A stretch of 64,000 nucleotides of DNA from a virus (IMGVR_UViG_3300046786_000502:1-64000), one strand, 5' to 3'; numbered from the stretch's first letter, positions 49,664-62,010 are shown. Translations and numbers: made by a program. The notes: generated by a model from the sequence alone, not told the origin.

Positions 49664-50372
49664 TGTTTGGATTATCGATAACTTCTTTGATGATGCCACC
49701 ATTACGGCAATCAATGAAGACTTCTACGACTTCGATGATGAAAGATGGCTGACTCGTAACCACACTGAGTTTGAACAAAAAAGATTGTCCACACACTGGG
49801 ACTGGTATCCAGGAAGCATTTATCGTGCTATGTTTCACCTTTCGTCTCAAGACTTCGTAGATCAACTTGAGGGTATGACTGGAATCAATGGGCTAGTTGC
49901 AGACTATGGCTTGCATGCAGGTGGTATGCATTTACACGCACACAATGGAAGGCTAAACCTACACAAGGATGCTGACCTACACCCAAAGCTAGGGCTAAGG
50001 CGTAAGCTAAACATTATTGTTTATACTAATCCAGATTGGAAGCCAGAGTATGGTGGCCAGTTAGAGTTTTGGGATGATGAGAATGGTCAACCAAAAGAAA
50101 AGATTTTTGATGTAGATCCAGTATTTAATCGTGCTGTAGTATTTGAGACAGATCAAAATTTTTGGCATGGCCTACCTGCAGATGATGCATGTCATGCTCC
50201 AGATGGAGTAAACAGAGAAAGCCTAGCGTTGTTTTATTATGTCCCAGTTGAGAATGTTTCTGGACTAACCACAAGAGCATTATTTGCACCAACAGAAGAG
50301 CAGTTGCAATCACCAGAAGCTATTGCTAAAATTAAAGAGCGAATGGAGAGTGCTTTTAAATATGGAAGATAA
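49626..50372 (+). CDS. Fe(II)/2OG oxygenase
   Basis: GGMH...LNLHKD...RRKLNIIVY...YGGQLEFWD...PVFNRAVVF...WHG...RESLALFYY. Confidence 0.85.
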   Translation: MYERIQHKSYPTNVWIIDNFFDDATITAINEDFYDFDDERWLTRNHTEFEQKRLSTHWDWYPGSIYRAMFHLSSQDFVDQLEGMTGINGLVADYGLHAGGMHLHAHNGRLNLHKDADLHPKLGLRRKLNIIVYTNPDWKPEYGGQLEFWDDENGQPKEKIFDVDPVFNRAVVFETDQNFWHGLPADDACHAPDGVNRESLALFYYVPVENVSGLTTRALFAPTEEQLQSPEAIAKIKERMESAFKYGR

Positions 50373-50898
50373 ACTAATTGAGCATTTGGATAGTGTAAAC
50401 AAGGTAGTAGAAAAATACCTTGCTGGTAGCGATCCAACACAGATTTCTAAAGAACTTGCTATGCCAAGGCAGACAGTTGTGGCATACATTAGTGAGTGGC
50501 GACAGATGGCTGCTGATAATGCTGCTATCCGTGCACGTGCCAAGGAAGCACTTGTTGGTGCTGATACACACTACAGCAAGCTTATCTCAAAAGCCTATGA
50601 AGTTATTGATGAGGCAACTACAACTGCTAACCTTAATGCAAAAACCCAGGGTATCAAGTTGGTCATGGACCTTGAGAAGACACGTATTGATATGCTACAA
50701 AAAGCAGGACTATTAGAAAATAAAGAGCTTGCAGAAGAGATGATTGCCATCGAGGAGAGACAAGAAGCACTTATCCAAATCCTAAAAGACATTGCATCTG
50801 AATATCCAGAAGTCCGTGATGAGATTATGCGTAGACTTTCTAGGATTAGCAAGAATTCATCAGAAACAATTACGATAGTGAATAACGATGTTCGATGA
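50362..50898 (+). CDS. HTH/coiled-coil protein, candidate terminase small subunit
   Basis: Start moved to ATG 50362 after GGAG; N-terminal HTH (PTQISKELAMPRQTV); overlaps the terminase large subunit start. Confidence 0.55.
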   Translation: MEDKLIEHLDSVNKVVEKYLAGSDPTQISKELAMPRQTVVAYISEWRQMAADNAAIRARAKEALVGADTHYSKLISKAYEVIDEATTTANLNAKTQGIKLVMDLEKTRIDMLQKAGLLENKELAEEMIAIEERQEALIQILKDIASEYPEVRDEIMRRLSRISKNSSETITIVNNDVR

Positions 50899-52666
50899 AT
50901 TTTTAGATGCACTCAAGTCTGATAATTTTAGGGAAACTCCCGTAGATGCACGTACATTTGTTGAGGGGGAAGATTACCTAAACCAGCCTAGACTGTCAGA
51001 TGTTCAGTATGACATTGTCGAGGCAATGAGTCAAATCTATAAACTAGAGGACCTCATTGATCTAATGGGAGAAACAGATGGAACAAGATACTATAAGAAA
51101 TACACCAAGAACGAAGTCATCCTTCAGCTTGGTAAGGGGTCTGGTAAAGACTTCACTTCGACAGTTGCATGTGCTTACATTGTATATAAACTTCTATGCC
51201 TTAAAGAGCCTGCTCGTTATTTTGGTAAACCTCCTGGGGATGCCATTGATATCATTAACGTTGCGATCAACGCTCAGCAGGCGAAGAACGTATTCTTTAA
51301 AGGCTTTAAGACAAAGATTGAAAAATCTCCCTGGTTTATTGGCAAGTTCAACGCAAAAGCAGAATCTATTGAGTTTGATGAATCAATTACAGTATATTCA
51401 GGACATTCAGAAAGAGAGTCTCACGAAGGGCTCAACCTTATCCTTGCGGTGCTTGACGAGATTTCTGGTTTCGCTACTGAGATTGGAACTGGAAATGATC
51501 AAGGTAAAACAGCGGATAACATCTATAAAGCGTTCCGTGCATCAGTAGACTCTCGTTTCCCAGACTTAGGAAAGGTAGCACTGCTATCCTTCCCACGTTT
51601 TCCAGGAGACTTTATTTCTACACACTATGATGGGGTAATTGCTGAAAAAGAAGTCATACACAAGACTCATAAGTTTATTCTTAACCCAGATATCCCAGAA
51701 GATGCAGATGGTAATAGTCTAGAAATTGAGTGGGATGAAGATGAAATTGTTAGCTATAAGTATCCCAATGTATTTGCTCTAAAAAGACCAACTTGGGTAG
51801 TTAATCCAACTAGAAAGATTGATGACTTCAAGCTTGCATTCTTTACAGACATGGGAGATGCGATGCAACGTTTTGCATGTATTCCAACATATATGACTGA
51901 TACCTTCTTCAGACAACGTGACAAGGTACGATCTTCTATGAGCATTAGAAATCCTCTAGACCAGTTTAGAAGATTTGAGCCATCATTCACTCCAGATCCA
52001 GATAAGATTTATTACGTTCATGCTGACCTTGCACAGAGACACGACAAGTGTGCAGTCGCAATCGCACATGTTGACAAATGGGTTAATGTTCAGGTAATCA
52101 AAGATTATCAACAAGTCTCTCCAGTTGTTATTGTTGATGCCGTTGCCTGGTGGGAGCCAAAGACAGAAGGTCCTGTTGACCTATCAGAAGTAAAGCAATG
52201 GATTCAAAATCTAAGAAGACTTGGATTTAATATAGGTTTGGTATCGTTTGACCGCTGGCAGTCATTTGATATTCAGAAAGAACTTGCAGAAGTGGGTATG
52301 AGAACTGATACTGTTTCTGTGGGTAAAAAGCACTACGAAGATCTGGCTATGCTCGTATATGAGGATAGAATTGCAATGCCAGCAATCGAACTTTTGTTCG
52401 AAGAGCTAACAGAGCTAAAAATTACTAAAAATGGAAAGAATGTAGACCACCCACGTAAACTCTCAAAAGACTTGGCTGACGCTGTGTGTGGTTCTGTTTT
52501 TGGTGCTATAAGTCACACCCCAAGGGACCTTAACCTTGAGGTAGAGATCCATACATTCAGAGATAGGCCCAAGTCGGAACTTGACAAGGCAAAAGATAGT
52601 GTGATACAATATAAACCTATGCCAAAAGAAGTTAAAGACTACTTGGATAGATTAAAACTAATATAA
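50888..52666 (+). CDS. terL: Terminase large subunit
   Basis: Walker A GKGSGKD, Walker B AVLDE, and an RNase H-like nuclease with HADLA, SFDRW, VDHP..SKDLADA. Confidence 0.9.
   Translation: MFDEFLDALKSDNFRETPVDARTFVEGEDYLNQPRLSDVQYDIVEAMSQIYKLEDLIDLMGETDGTRYYKKYTKNEVILQLGKGSGKDFTSTVACAYIVYKLLCLKEPARYFGKPPGDAIDIINVAINAQQAKNVFFKGFKTKIEKSPWFIGKFNAKAESIEFDESITVYSGHSERESHEGLNLILAVLDEISGFATEIGTGNDQGKTADNIYKAFRASVDSRFPDLGKVALLSFPRFPGDFISTHYDGVIAEKEVIHKTHKFILNPDIPEDADGNSLEIEWDEDEIVSYKYPNVFALKRPTWVVNPTRKIDDFKLAFFTDMGDAMQRFACIPTYMTDTFFRQRDKVRSSMSIRNPLDQFRRFEPSFTPDPDKIYYVHADLAQRHDKCAVAIAHVDKWVNVQVIKDYQQVSPVVIVDAVAWWEPKTEGPVDLSEVKQWIQNLRRLGFNIGLVSFDRWQSFDIQKELAEVGMRTDTVSVGKKHYEDLAMLVYEDRIAMPAIELLFEELTELKITKNGKNVDHPRKLSKDLADAVCGSVFGAISHTPRDLNLEVEIHTFRDRPKSELDKAKDSVIQYKPMPKEVKDYLDRLKLI
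52581..52610 (+). promoter_or_regulatory. Sigma70-type promoter for secreted protein gene
   Basis: TTGACA-N18-TACAAT with extended TG. Confidence 0.7.
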
Positions 52667-52686
52667 CAAGAAAAGGAAATATATAT

Positions 52687-53664
52687 ATGACTTCAATTAA
52701 GAAGATCGCATTCGCAGTGGTTGCAGCTACTGCCCTTGCAACATCAGTAATCGCAACACCTGCAAGTGCTGCAGTATCTACTGCTCTAACAGTTGGCGGT
52801 TCAGCTGCTACTGGCGGTACTGCTATTTCAGCACCAGTCGCTCTACCAGTTCCTGCAGATAACTCTGTAGATGCTGCAGACGCACTAAAGATTGCCCTAA
52901 CAGGCCTTGACACTGGAACTACTGTTTCTGCTGTCGCAACTAACGGTAAGATCGTTACTGCACTTGCTGCTTCTGGTTCTCCAGTAACTGCTGCTGCAGG
53001 CACATCATCTGTATCTGTTCCAACTGGAACTGGTACATCTGTTGACCTTTATGTATTCACTACTACTACAGCAGTTGGTTCTGTTGCAGTAACTATTGGT
53101 GGAAACACAACTACTTACTACTTCCAGGGTACTGCTGGTGCATTGAACGCAATTGAACTTGCTGGCTCTGCAACTGGTGCTGCTGGTACTGTATACACTG
53201 CAACCGTTCGTGGTGTGGATGTATTCGGTAATGCTAAGGGTGGTGCAACCATTAACCTTCAGGTTACTACAGCAACTACAAACGAAACATTCGCTCTAAC
53301 TACAGACACTGCAACTGCAACTCTTGGCACAAAGACCAAGGACATTACACTTCCTGCTTCAGGAACTGTTCGTCTGCTTGCAACTGCAACTGTAGCATCT
53401 GCTGTAACTGGACTAGCAACACCTGTTGCGGTTCGTATTGCTGATGTTACAGTTCGTGACCTTGCAACAGAGCTTGCTTCTGAGAAGGCTGCACACGATG
53501 TAACCAAGGCAGAGCTTGCCAAGATTAAGGCAGAACTTGCACTTGTAACTGCACGTGCAGAGGCTGCTGAGGCAGGCACCAAGTCTGCAAAGGCAAAGTA
53601 CAACTCACTTGCAACCAAGTGGAACAAGAAGTTCCCAAAGACTAAGGTTGCATTGCTTAAGTAA
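52687..53664 (+). CDS. Secreted Ala/Thr-rich surface protein
   Basis: Sec-type signal peptide (MTSIKKIAFAVVAATALATSVIATPASA), Ig-like strands (VRGVDVFGN), C-terminal coiled coil and basic tail. Confidence 0.75.
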   Translation: MTSIKKIAFAVVAATALATSVIATPASAAVSTALTVGGSAATGGTAISAPVALPVPADNSVDAADALKIALTGLDTGTTVSAVATNGKIVTALAASGSPVTAAAGTSSVSVPTGTGTSVDLYVFTTTTAVGSVAVTIGGNTTTYYFQGTAGALNAIELAGSATGAAGTVYTATVRGVDVFGNAKGGATINLQVTTATTNETFALTTDTATATLGTKTKDITLPASGTVRLLATATVASAVTGLATPVAVRIADVTVRDLATELASEKAAHDVTKAELAKIKAELALVTARAEAAEAGTKSAKAKYNSLATKWNKKFPKTKVALLK

Positions 53665-53678
53665 TAATAGTCAAACTG

Positions 53679-53712
53679 GTAGGGGGAGGGAGTAAAATCT
53701 CTCCCCTTACTT
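53679..53712 (+). terminator. Hairpin after secreted protein gene
   Basis: GTAGGGGGAGGGA-GTAAAA-TCTCTCCCCTTAC stem-loop. Confidence 0.65.
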
Positions 53713-53736
53713 GTCTAATAATCAGGAGTAAAGTAG

Positions 53737-54130
53737 ATGTCTGTGGGTATTGTGTATTTCTCTAACCATTCTGGAAATACTAAAAAGTTTGTAGAAAAGA
53801 TAACAGATAACGCAACAAGGATTCCCATAATGTGGGATGATGACAACCCAATTATTATTGATTTTAAATATGTCTTATTTGTTCCAACATACGGTGGTGG
53901 AAGTGACAAGACAGCAATCCCTAAATCAGTTAGAAAATTTTTAAACATACCAGAGAACAGATCAAAATTAGTTGGTATAATAGGTCTTGGTAACACAAAT
54001 TTTGGAGAACATTTCTGTAAAGCAGCAGAAATGATATCTCAAAAGACTGGAGCACCAGTCATTGCAAAGGTAGAAATCTTTGGTACATCAGAAGATGTAC
54101 AACGAGTAACGAATAGGTTGGATGAGATAA

Positions 54131-54138
<8 letters not shown>
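53737..54138 (+). CDS. nrdI: NrdI flavodoxin
   Basis: [25 protein letters not shown]. Confidence 0.95.
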
Positions 54139-57219
<3,081 letters not shown>

Positions 57220-57232
57220 AGTTATCTGATTT

Positions 57233-57261
57233 GGCCCCTCTTTGGAGGGGCCTTTTCTTTT
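57233..57261 (+). terminator. Rho-independent terminator
   Basis: GGCCCCTC-TTTG-GAGGGGCC followed by TTTTCTTTT. Confidence 0.9.
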
Positions 57262-57321
57262 GTCAAAATGGTGTATAATTAGATTGTTAAGCTTCTTAAC
57301 CCTACAAAGGAGACCCCTACT

Positions 57322-59550
57322 TTGAAGAAGTCTTGGGCAATATTTGCCTTATTTGTGCTAACTGGAGTCATGACACTGTGGCCACTTGCTACTGCATCAG
57401 CTGATGAAGTAGTAAATTCTGCTACCGTAACTGTTGTTCAAGAGGGCGATCTGGCAACAGTGGTGGTTCAGGTGCAAACAGCCAATACTGATTTAGTGGT
57501 CGTTTCTCAAAATATGGAATCAGCGGCACAAAGCTCAGGATCAGTCTCAGTAACAGAGGCAATCTCTACAGCAATTACTACAGCGACACAAGCAATTGAG
57601 GTTGCTGCAAATGCGGTAGATTCTGCAGAGACGGCTGTAGAGCAGGCTAATGTTAAGATTTCTGTAGTAGATGGTGCCACAGCAACAGTAACTCAGGCAG
57701 AGTCCAATCTAAATAATGCTCAGGAGAATTTAGTTGATGCTACAGCAGATCTGGCAGAAGCATCTGCAAACGTTGATGCACAAGAGATTGTAGTTGCAAC
57801 AGATATTCAGAATGTTCAATCAGTTCAGACTGCCATTAATCAAACAATAGGATTGTCTTCTGGCCTTAAGGCAGAAATTTATAACATGGGTGGATATAAT
57901 AATGCTCCACCACTTCCAGAGCAGATTGGTAGATCGCCAGTATACACAACCACTGTAACACAGATTAGTTTTGACTGGGGTAGTGGTGCAGCCTTTAATC
58001 TGATTGCAGAAGACTTTATTGTTAAGTTTAGTGGTAATATCACATCTCAATACACTGGAACAATTGCTTTGTCTGCCCCAGCAGATGACGGTGTTATCTT
58101 GAAGCTAAATGGAGAAACAGTTATCAATGACTGGTATGACAAGGGTGGTGGTGGATCAACTGTTACATATAATGTTCAGGCAGGTCAACCAATACCAATG
58201 ACTCTTTACTACTATGAAAATGGTGGGGGAGCTAATGTTCACCTTCTGTGGACTCAGGGTAATAATTGGGCAATAGTTCCTACAACAGCTTTTTCTAGAA
58301 CTACCTCAAGCCCAACACAGCAACAGGTACAAAGCTTGGCAGATGCAAATAATCAATTACAGTCTAGCAATACATTGTTGAATAGCCTAATTCAAATTGA
58401 AAATGAATCATTAGACCAAGTATCTTTAGCCACATCTGAAGTTGCTATTGCAGAAGAAGCAGTTATATCAGCACAGGCTGAACAAGAGGTTGCAATTCAA
58501 GATGCCAATCAGGCAATAACAACAGCCGTTAACTTGTCAGCAATTGCAGTTTCAGCAGTTCAAAGTGCAAGTGGATCAGTTAGTAATTTGTCTACTGTTA
58601 TTGCACAGCAGTCAGCAGCTGAAGAGGCTGCTAGACAGGCTGCTATAGCTGCAGAACAAGCTAGATTGGCAGCAGAGGCTGCAGCAAGGGCAGAAGCAGA
58701 AAGACTTAGGCTAGAAGCTGAAGCTAGAGCTGCTGCAGAAGCAGCTGCAAAAGCAGAAGCAGAAAGGTTAGCTGCAGAAGCAAAAGCTGCAGAAGAAGAG
58801 AGACTCAGACTTGAGGCAGAAGCTAAGGCAGCAGAAGAAGAACGGCTAAGGCTTGAAGAAGAGGCAAGGCTTGCTGCAGAAGCAGAGGCTAAAGCTAAAG
58901 CAGAAGCAGAAGCATTGGCTAAGGCTGAGGAAGAAGCAAGACTAGAAGCAGAAAGGTTGGCTGCAGAAGAGGCTGCAAAGCTTGAGGCAGAAAGACTAGA
59001 GGCAGAAAAACTTGCAGAAGCAGAGAGACTAGCTGAGGAAAAGGCAAGACTTGAGGCTGAACAAAAGGCTGCAGAAGAGGCAGCAAAAACTGAAAACATT
59101 GTAGATGATGCCAAGGCAGACGGGGTAGTTACAGAAGAAGAGAAGGAAGCAATTGTTTCATCTTTGGTAGAGGAGCTAAAGCCAGGAGAGGCATTGTCTA
59201 GTGAACAAATACAGGCAGCAGGTATATCATATTCTGATCTACCACCAGAAACACCAGTGGATGTTAGAACTGATGAAAATGGAAACGCTGTTGTTATTAC
59301 TGCTGAAGTAGCAGCAGATATTGAATTGATTTCTGACCCAGCAGCATTCGTAGGGGAATTGCTGTCTGATCCAGGAGCAGCCATTGCTGCCCTTGGCTCT
59401 ATTGGTGCAGACATGAGCCCTGCTGAGAGAGAAGAGGCTCAACACATGGTAGTGGCAACAGTGGTCGCTGCAGGTGCAGCGATGAATGCAGTTTCTGTTG
59501 CTTCATCAGGTGGTACTACAGGTGGGTCTAACAATACAAGGAGACAATAA
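57322..59550 (+). CDS. Secreted/membrane-anchored PA14-domain protein with long coiled coil
   Basis: Signal peptide; PA14 motifs ISFDWGSG, EDFIVKFSG, ADDGVIL..NG..VINDW, YYENGGGA; an AEAERL-type repeat stalk; hydrophobic C-terminal stretch. Confidence 0.8.
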   Translation: MKKSWAIFALFVLTGVMTLWPLATASADEVVNSATVTVVQEGDLATVVVQVQTANTDLVVVSQNMESAAQSSGSVSVTEAISTAITTATQAIEVAANAVDSAETAVEQANVKISVVDGATATVTQAESNLNNAQENLVDATADLAEASANVDAQEIVVATDIQNVQSVQTAINQTIGLSSGLKAEIYNMGGYNNAPPLPEQIGRSPVYTTTVTQISFDWGSGAAFNLIAEDFIVKFSGNITSQYTGTIALSAPADDGVILKLNGETVINDWYDKGGGGSTVTYNVQAGQPIPMTLYYYENGGGANVHLLWTQGNNWAIVPTTAFSRTTSSPTQQQVQSLADANNQLQSSNTLLNSLIQIENESLDQVSLATSEVAIAEEAVISAQAEQEVAIQDANQAITTAVNLSAIAVSAVQSASGSVSNLSTVIAQQSAAEEAARQAAIAAEQARLAAEAAARAEAERLRLEAEARAAAEAAAKAEAERLAAEAKAAEEERLRLEAEAKAAEEERLRLEEEARLAAEAEAKAKAEAEALAKAEEEARLEAERLAAEEAAKLEAERLEAEKLAEAERLAEEKARLEAEQKAAEEAAKTENIVDDAKADGVVTEEEKEAIVSSLVEELKPGEALSSEQIQAAGISYSDLPPETPVDVRTDENGNAVVITAEVAADIELISDPAAFVGELLSDPGAAIAALGSIGADMSPAEREEAQHMVVATVVAAGAAMNAVSVASSGGTTGGSNNTRRQ
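58612..59090 (+). repeat. Low-complexity Ala/Glu/Arg/Lys coding repeats (AEAERL, AEEERLRLE)
   Basis: Visible in the translation; purine-rich GCAGAAG repeats in the DNA. Confidence 0.8.
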
Positions 59551-59552
59551 GA

Positions 59553-59723
59553 ATGGTTAAATTCTTTAAAGATATGGTAGACCAACTTTGGACACTTCTA
59601 GGCATGTTTATTGCTTGGGTTGTCCTTGACGGTAGTGCCAAAACAGTAGTTGGGTATGCGATATTAGGAACCATGTTTGCATGGATTGTTACCTATCCGA
59701 TAAGAAACAGAGAGGAAGACTAA
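59553..59723 (+). CDS. Small two-TM membrane protein, 56 aa
   Basis: Not in the ORF track. MVKFFKDMVDQLWTLLGMFIAWVVLDGSAKTVVGYAILGTMFAWIVTYPIRNREED; AGGAG upstream and TAATG overlap downstream. Confidence 0.75.
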   Translation: MVKFFKDMVDQLWTLLGMFIAWVVLDGSAKTVVGYAILGTMFAWIVTYPIRNREED

Positions 59724-60013
59724 TGGCAACTAAAAAAGAAGCAGGAACAGTGCCAGCAAAACCCCAGGGCCAAAAAGCTCTGTCTAATGTCCTCATGAGA
59801 ATCGTTGCAGTATTTGCTGCAAATGGTCTTGGAGTCCTTGGTGCAGGAGCTGTTGTAGGTATTGATACCGCACAAGCAGTATTTCTTGCAGGTTTGCTAG
59901 GTGTAGCCACAGTCGTAGAAAAGCTTGCAAGAGCATTTCTTGACGATGGCAAGCTCACAATTGCTGAAATTAATGACGCATTCGCAACAGTCGATAAGAA
60001 ACAAGTTAAATAG
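59723..60013 (+). CDS. Small membrane protein, holin-like
   Basis: Start moved to ATG 59723 after GAGGA; two hydrophobic helices and a charged DDGKLT..EIN tail. Confidence 0.55.
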   Translation: MATKKEAGTVPAKPQGQKALSNVLMRIVAVFAANGLGVLGAGAVVGIDTAQAVFLAGLLGVATVVEKLARAFLDDGKLTIAEINDAFATVDKKQVK

Positions 60014-60029
60014 TCATTTTCAGGGGTAA

Positions 60030-60058
60030 TTGACGAAGTCCCCTAGTTCGTGTATAAT
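60030..60058 (+). promoter_or_regulatory. Sigma70-type promoter overlapped by an inverted repeat
   Basis: TTGACG-N17-TATAAT; the spacer is complementary to 60082-60095. Confidence 0.7.
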
Positions 60059-60099
60059 AGGTATGTACCTAATACTACAGAGAGCTAGGGGATTTTGCT

Positions 60100-60621
60100 A
60101 TGACTTGTATTGCCGTTGTCAGACAAGACGATAAAATTTTTATGGCAGGCGAACGTGCTGCCTCAACAGATGACGTTATCATGACTTTAACATCCCCAAA
60201 AGTTTGGAAATCTGGAGAGTATCTATTTGGATATTGCGGTGCAATGGATGGCGACAGAATGAGACATAACTTCAAGCCACCTGCACCAAAAGGTGATCTA
60301 GATAAATTTATGTACACTGAATTCTTGATGGCTCTTAAAGTATTTTATGAAAATTGGTGGGTAGACACAGGCAAAGATTCAGACTTTGCACTTATAATTG
60401 CTGTAAGAGGCAAGATATATGAGCATGATGCTGTTGATATGTCATTAAATCAATACACACAAGATTATATTGCAATGGGCTCTGGTGCATCATATGCATA
60501 CGGATCTTTGTTCGCAACAGAACACCTTAAAGACCCAAAGAAGCGTGTAGAAAAAGCTGTTGAAGCAGCGGTAAGATTCTCACCAAGTTGCCGTGGTCAA
60601 GTTGACATTGTCAGTCTTTAG
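60100..60621 (+). CDS. Ntn-hydrolase (HslV/proteasome-beta-like) peptidase
   Basis: N-terminal MTCIAV with Thr2, K in PKVW, AMGSGASYAYG, A...SPSC.G. Confidence 0.75.
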   Translation: MTCIAVVRQDDKIFMAGERAASTDDVIMTLTSPKVWKSGEYLFGYCGAMDGDRMRHNFKPPAPKGDLDKFMYTEFLMALKVFYENWWVDTGKDSDFALIIAVRGKIYEHDAVDMSLNQYTQDYIAMGSGASYAYGSLFATEHLKDPKKRVEKAVEAAVRFSPSCRGQVDIVSL

Positions 60622-60636
60622 TGCTATTATATTTAT

Positions 60637-60816
60637 ATGACAGATAAAAATTTTGATGAGCTATATGATTGGCTTATGCACGGCGTTGAAAAGGGATGGG
60701 TAACTGAACCATTCTGCTACACCCATGATGGTGATCCTTATATGACAGAAGAAGAAGAGCAAGAGTGGGAAGACGGTGGAGATCCGTGTTGCCCAGTAGT
60801 TAAACTTAAGCAGTAA
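60637..60816 (+). CDS. Small acidic Cys/His protein, 59 aa
   Basis: Not in the ORF track. ...GVEKGWVTEPFCYTHDGDP...WEDGGDPCCPV; ATG 6 nt after TGCTATTAT. Confidence 0.75.
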   Translation: MTDKNFDELYDWLMHGVEKGWVTEPFCYTHDGDPYMTEEEEQEWEDGGDPCCPVVKLKQ

Positions 60817-60827
60817 GGATATTCTGT

Positions 60828-61880
60828 ATGAAAAAGATTATGGTCTTTGGCCTAACTTTTGTATTTTTATTTACTGGTGTTGGTTGTGCAGATGCAGCAA
60901 CTGTAAAGTGTTCATCTTCAAAAAAGACAGTTGCTTGTAAGACTGTTACAGCACCAAAAAATCCTACTCCTACTCCTACACCAAAGGTATTAGGGTCAGA
61001 CTTTTCTACGCTAGTTGCATCATTCAAAGATGTAGATAAGTATATTAATTATGGCGGATATGTTTTTCCAACTGAAAACCTAAAGATTGGGCCAAGCCTT
61101 GACCCAGCAATTAAGAAAAATATTCCAGAAGTCTATCAGCTTATAGGTAGTGTCTTTTCTCCATTCTATGCACCAACATACTATTACTCTATCGTTACAT
61201 CTGAGCTTGACGTTGCTTGGGGAGCATCTCCAGAAATCAATCGTGTAGATGATAGATGGAAGGGCTACTCTACTGACATCAATGGCAAAACCTGCGAGAA
61301 TGGCAATGGCGGTAATGAGTGGAGCTCAATCTCTTGCATGTGGTCAAACAAACCTGAGTGGTGGAGAAACCAACTATTAGCACATGAGTATGTTCACAGT
61401 GTGCTGTACACAACAGGTGGAACAAAGCTTGGCAAAGTAACTAACTACCAACGTGCTTTCGATATTCCATCTTGGCTCAATGAGGGTGCTGCAACATACT
61501 ATGGTTGGTGGCTAGCACAGGTTAAAGACAAGAATATTGAAAAAAATGTTGGAGGTCACCTGTCTGGATTTGGCTGCATGATTCCTGGATACAATGACCT
61601 AAAGACACAGGATAAATTTGTTTCTGAAATGAAGTCAATTGAAACAGGCAAGGGTAGCTGGGCAAAGCAGTATGGATATGGTGCTGTCTCTGTAGCAGAA
61701 CTGATCACATACTATGGTGGGCACAAAGCAATGTTGAACTTCTATGAACGCATGAGAACTACTAGTGACTGGAGACTTGCTTTCAAAGAATCATTTGGAG
61801 TTACTCCAGAAGATTTTTATAAACAAGAATATAAAGATTTCATGAAAATTTCTCCAAGTTTGACTTGCAAACTACCGTAG
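60828..61880 (+). CDS. Secreted zinc metallopeptidase (HExxH...E type)
   Basis: Signal peptide, PTPTPTP linker, AHEYVH...WLNEGAATY, AFKESFG. Confidence 0.75.
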   Translation: MKKIMVFGLTFVFLFTGVGCADAATVKCSSSKKTVACKTVTAPKNPTPTPTPKVLGSDFSTLVASFKDVDKYINYGGYVFPTENLKIGPSLDPAIKKNIPEVYQLIGSVFSPFYAPTYYYSIVTSELDVAWGASPEINRVDDRWKGYSTDINGKTCENGNGGNEWSSISCMWSNKPEWWRNQLLAHEYVHSVLYTTGGTKLGKVTNYQRAFDIPSWLNEGAATYYGWWLAQVKDKNIEKNVGGHLSGFGCMIPGYNDLKTQDKFVSEMKSIETGKGSWAKQYGYGAVSVAELITYYGGHKAMLNFYERMRTTSDWRLAFKESFGVTPEDFYKQEYKDFMKISPSLTCKLP

Positions 61881-61893
61881 TACATGTTATAAT
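61865..61893 (+). promoter_or_regulatory. Promoter of tRNA cluster
   Basis: TTGCAA-N17-TATAAT with extended TG. Confidence 0.7.
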
Positions 61894-61934
61894 TAATTAC
61901 AACAAAATAGGAAGTCCATCCTTAACGGACACAA

Positions 61935-62007
61935 TGCCCTATAGCTCAGCTGGCAGAGCGTCCGACTGTTAATCGGCAGGTCCCTGGTTCGATCCCAGGT
62001 GGGGCAG
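61935..62007 (+). tRNA. trnN: tRNA-Asn(GTT)
   Basis: Acceptor TGCCCTA/TGGGGCA, anticodon arm TCCGA-CTGTTAA-TCGGC, T loop TTCGATC; no encoded CCA. Confidence 0.93.
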
Positions 62008-62010
62008 CAA

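Noticed and set aside
58560-59414. Long minus-strand ORFs (also 14304..14930, 24169..24762, 27400..27915)
   Set aside because: They are antisense shadows of Ala/Glu-rich plus-strand genes, with no SD or recognisable motifs.
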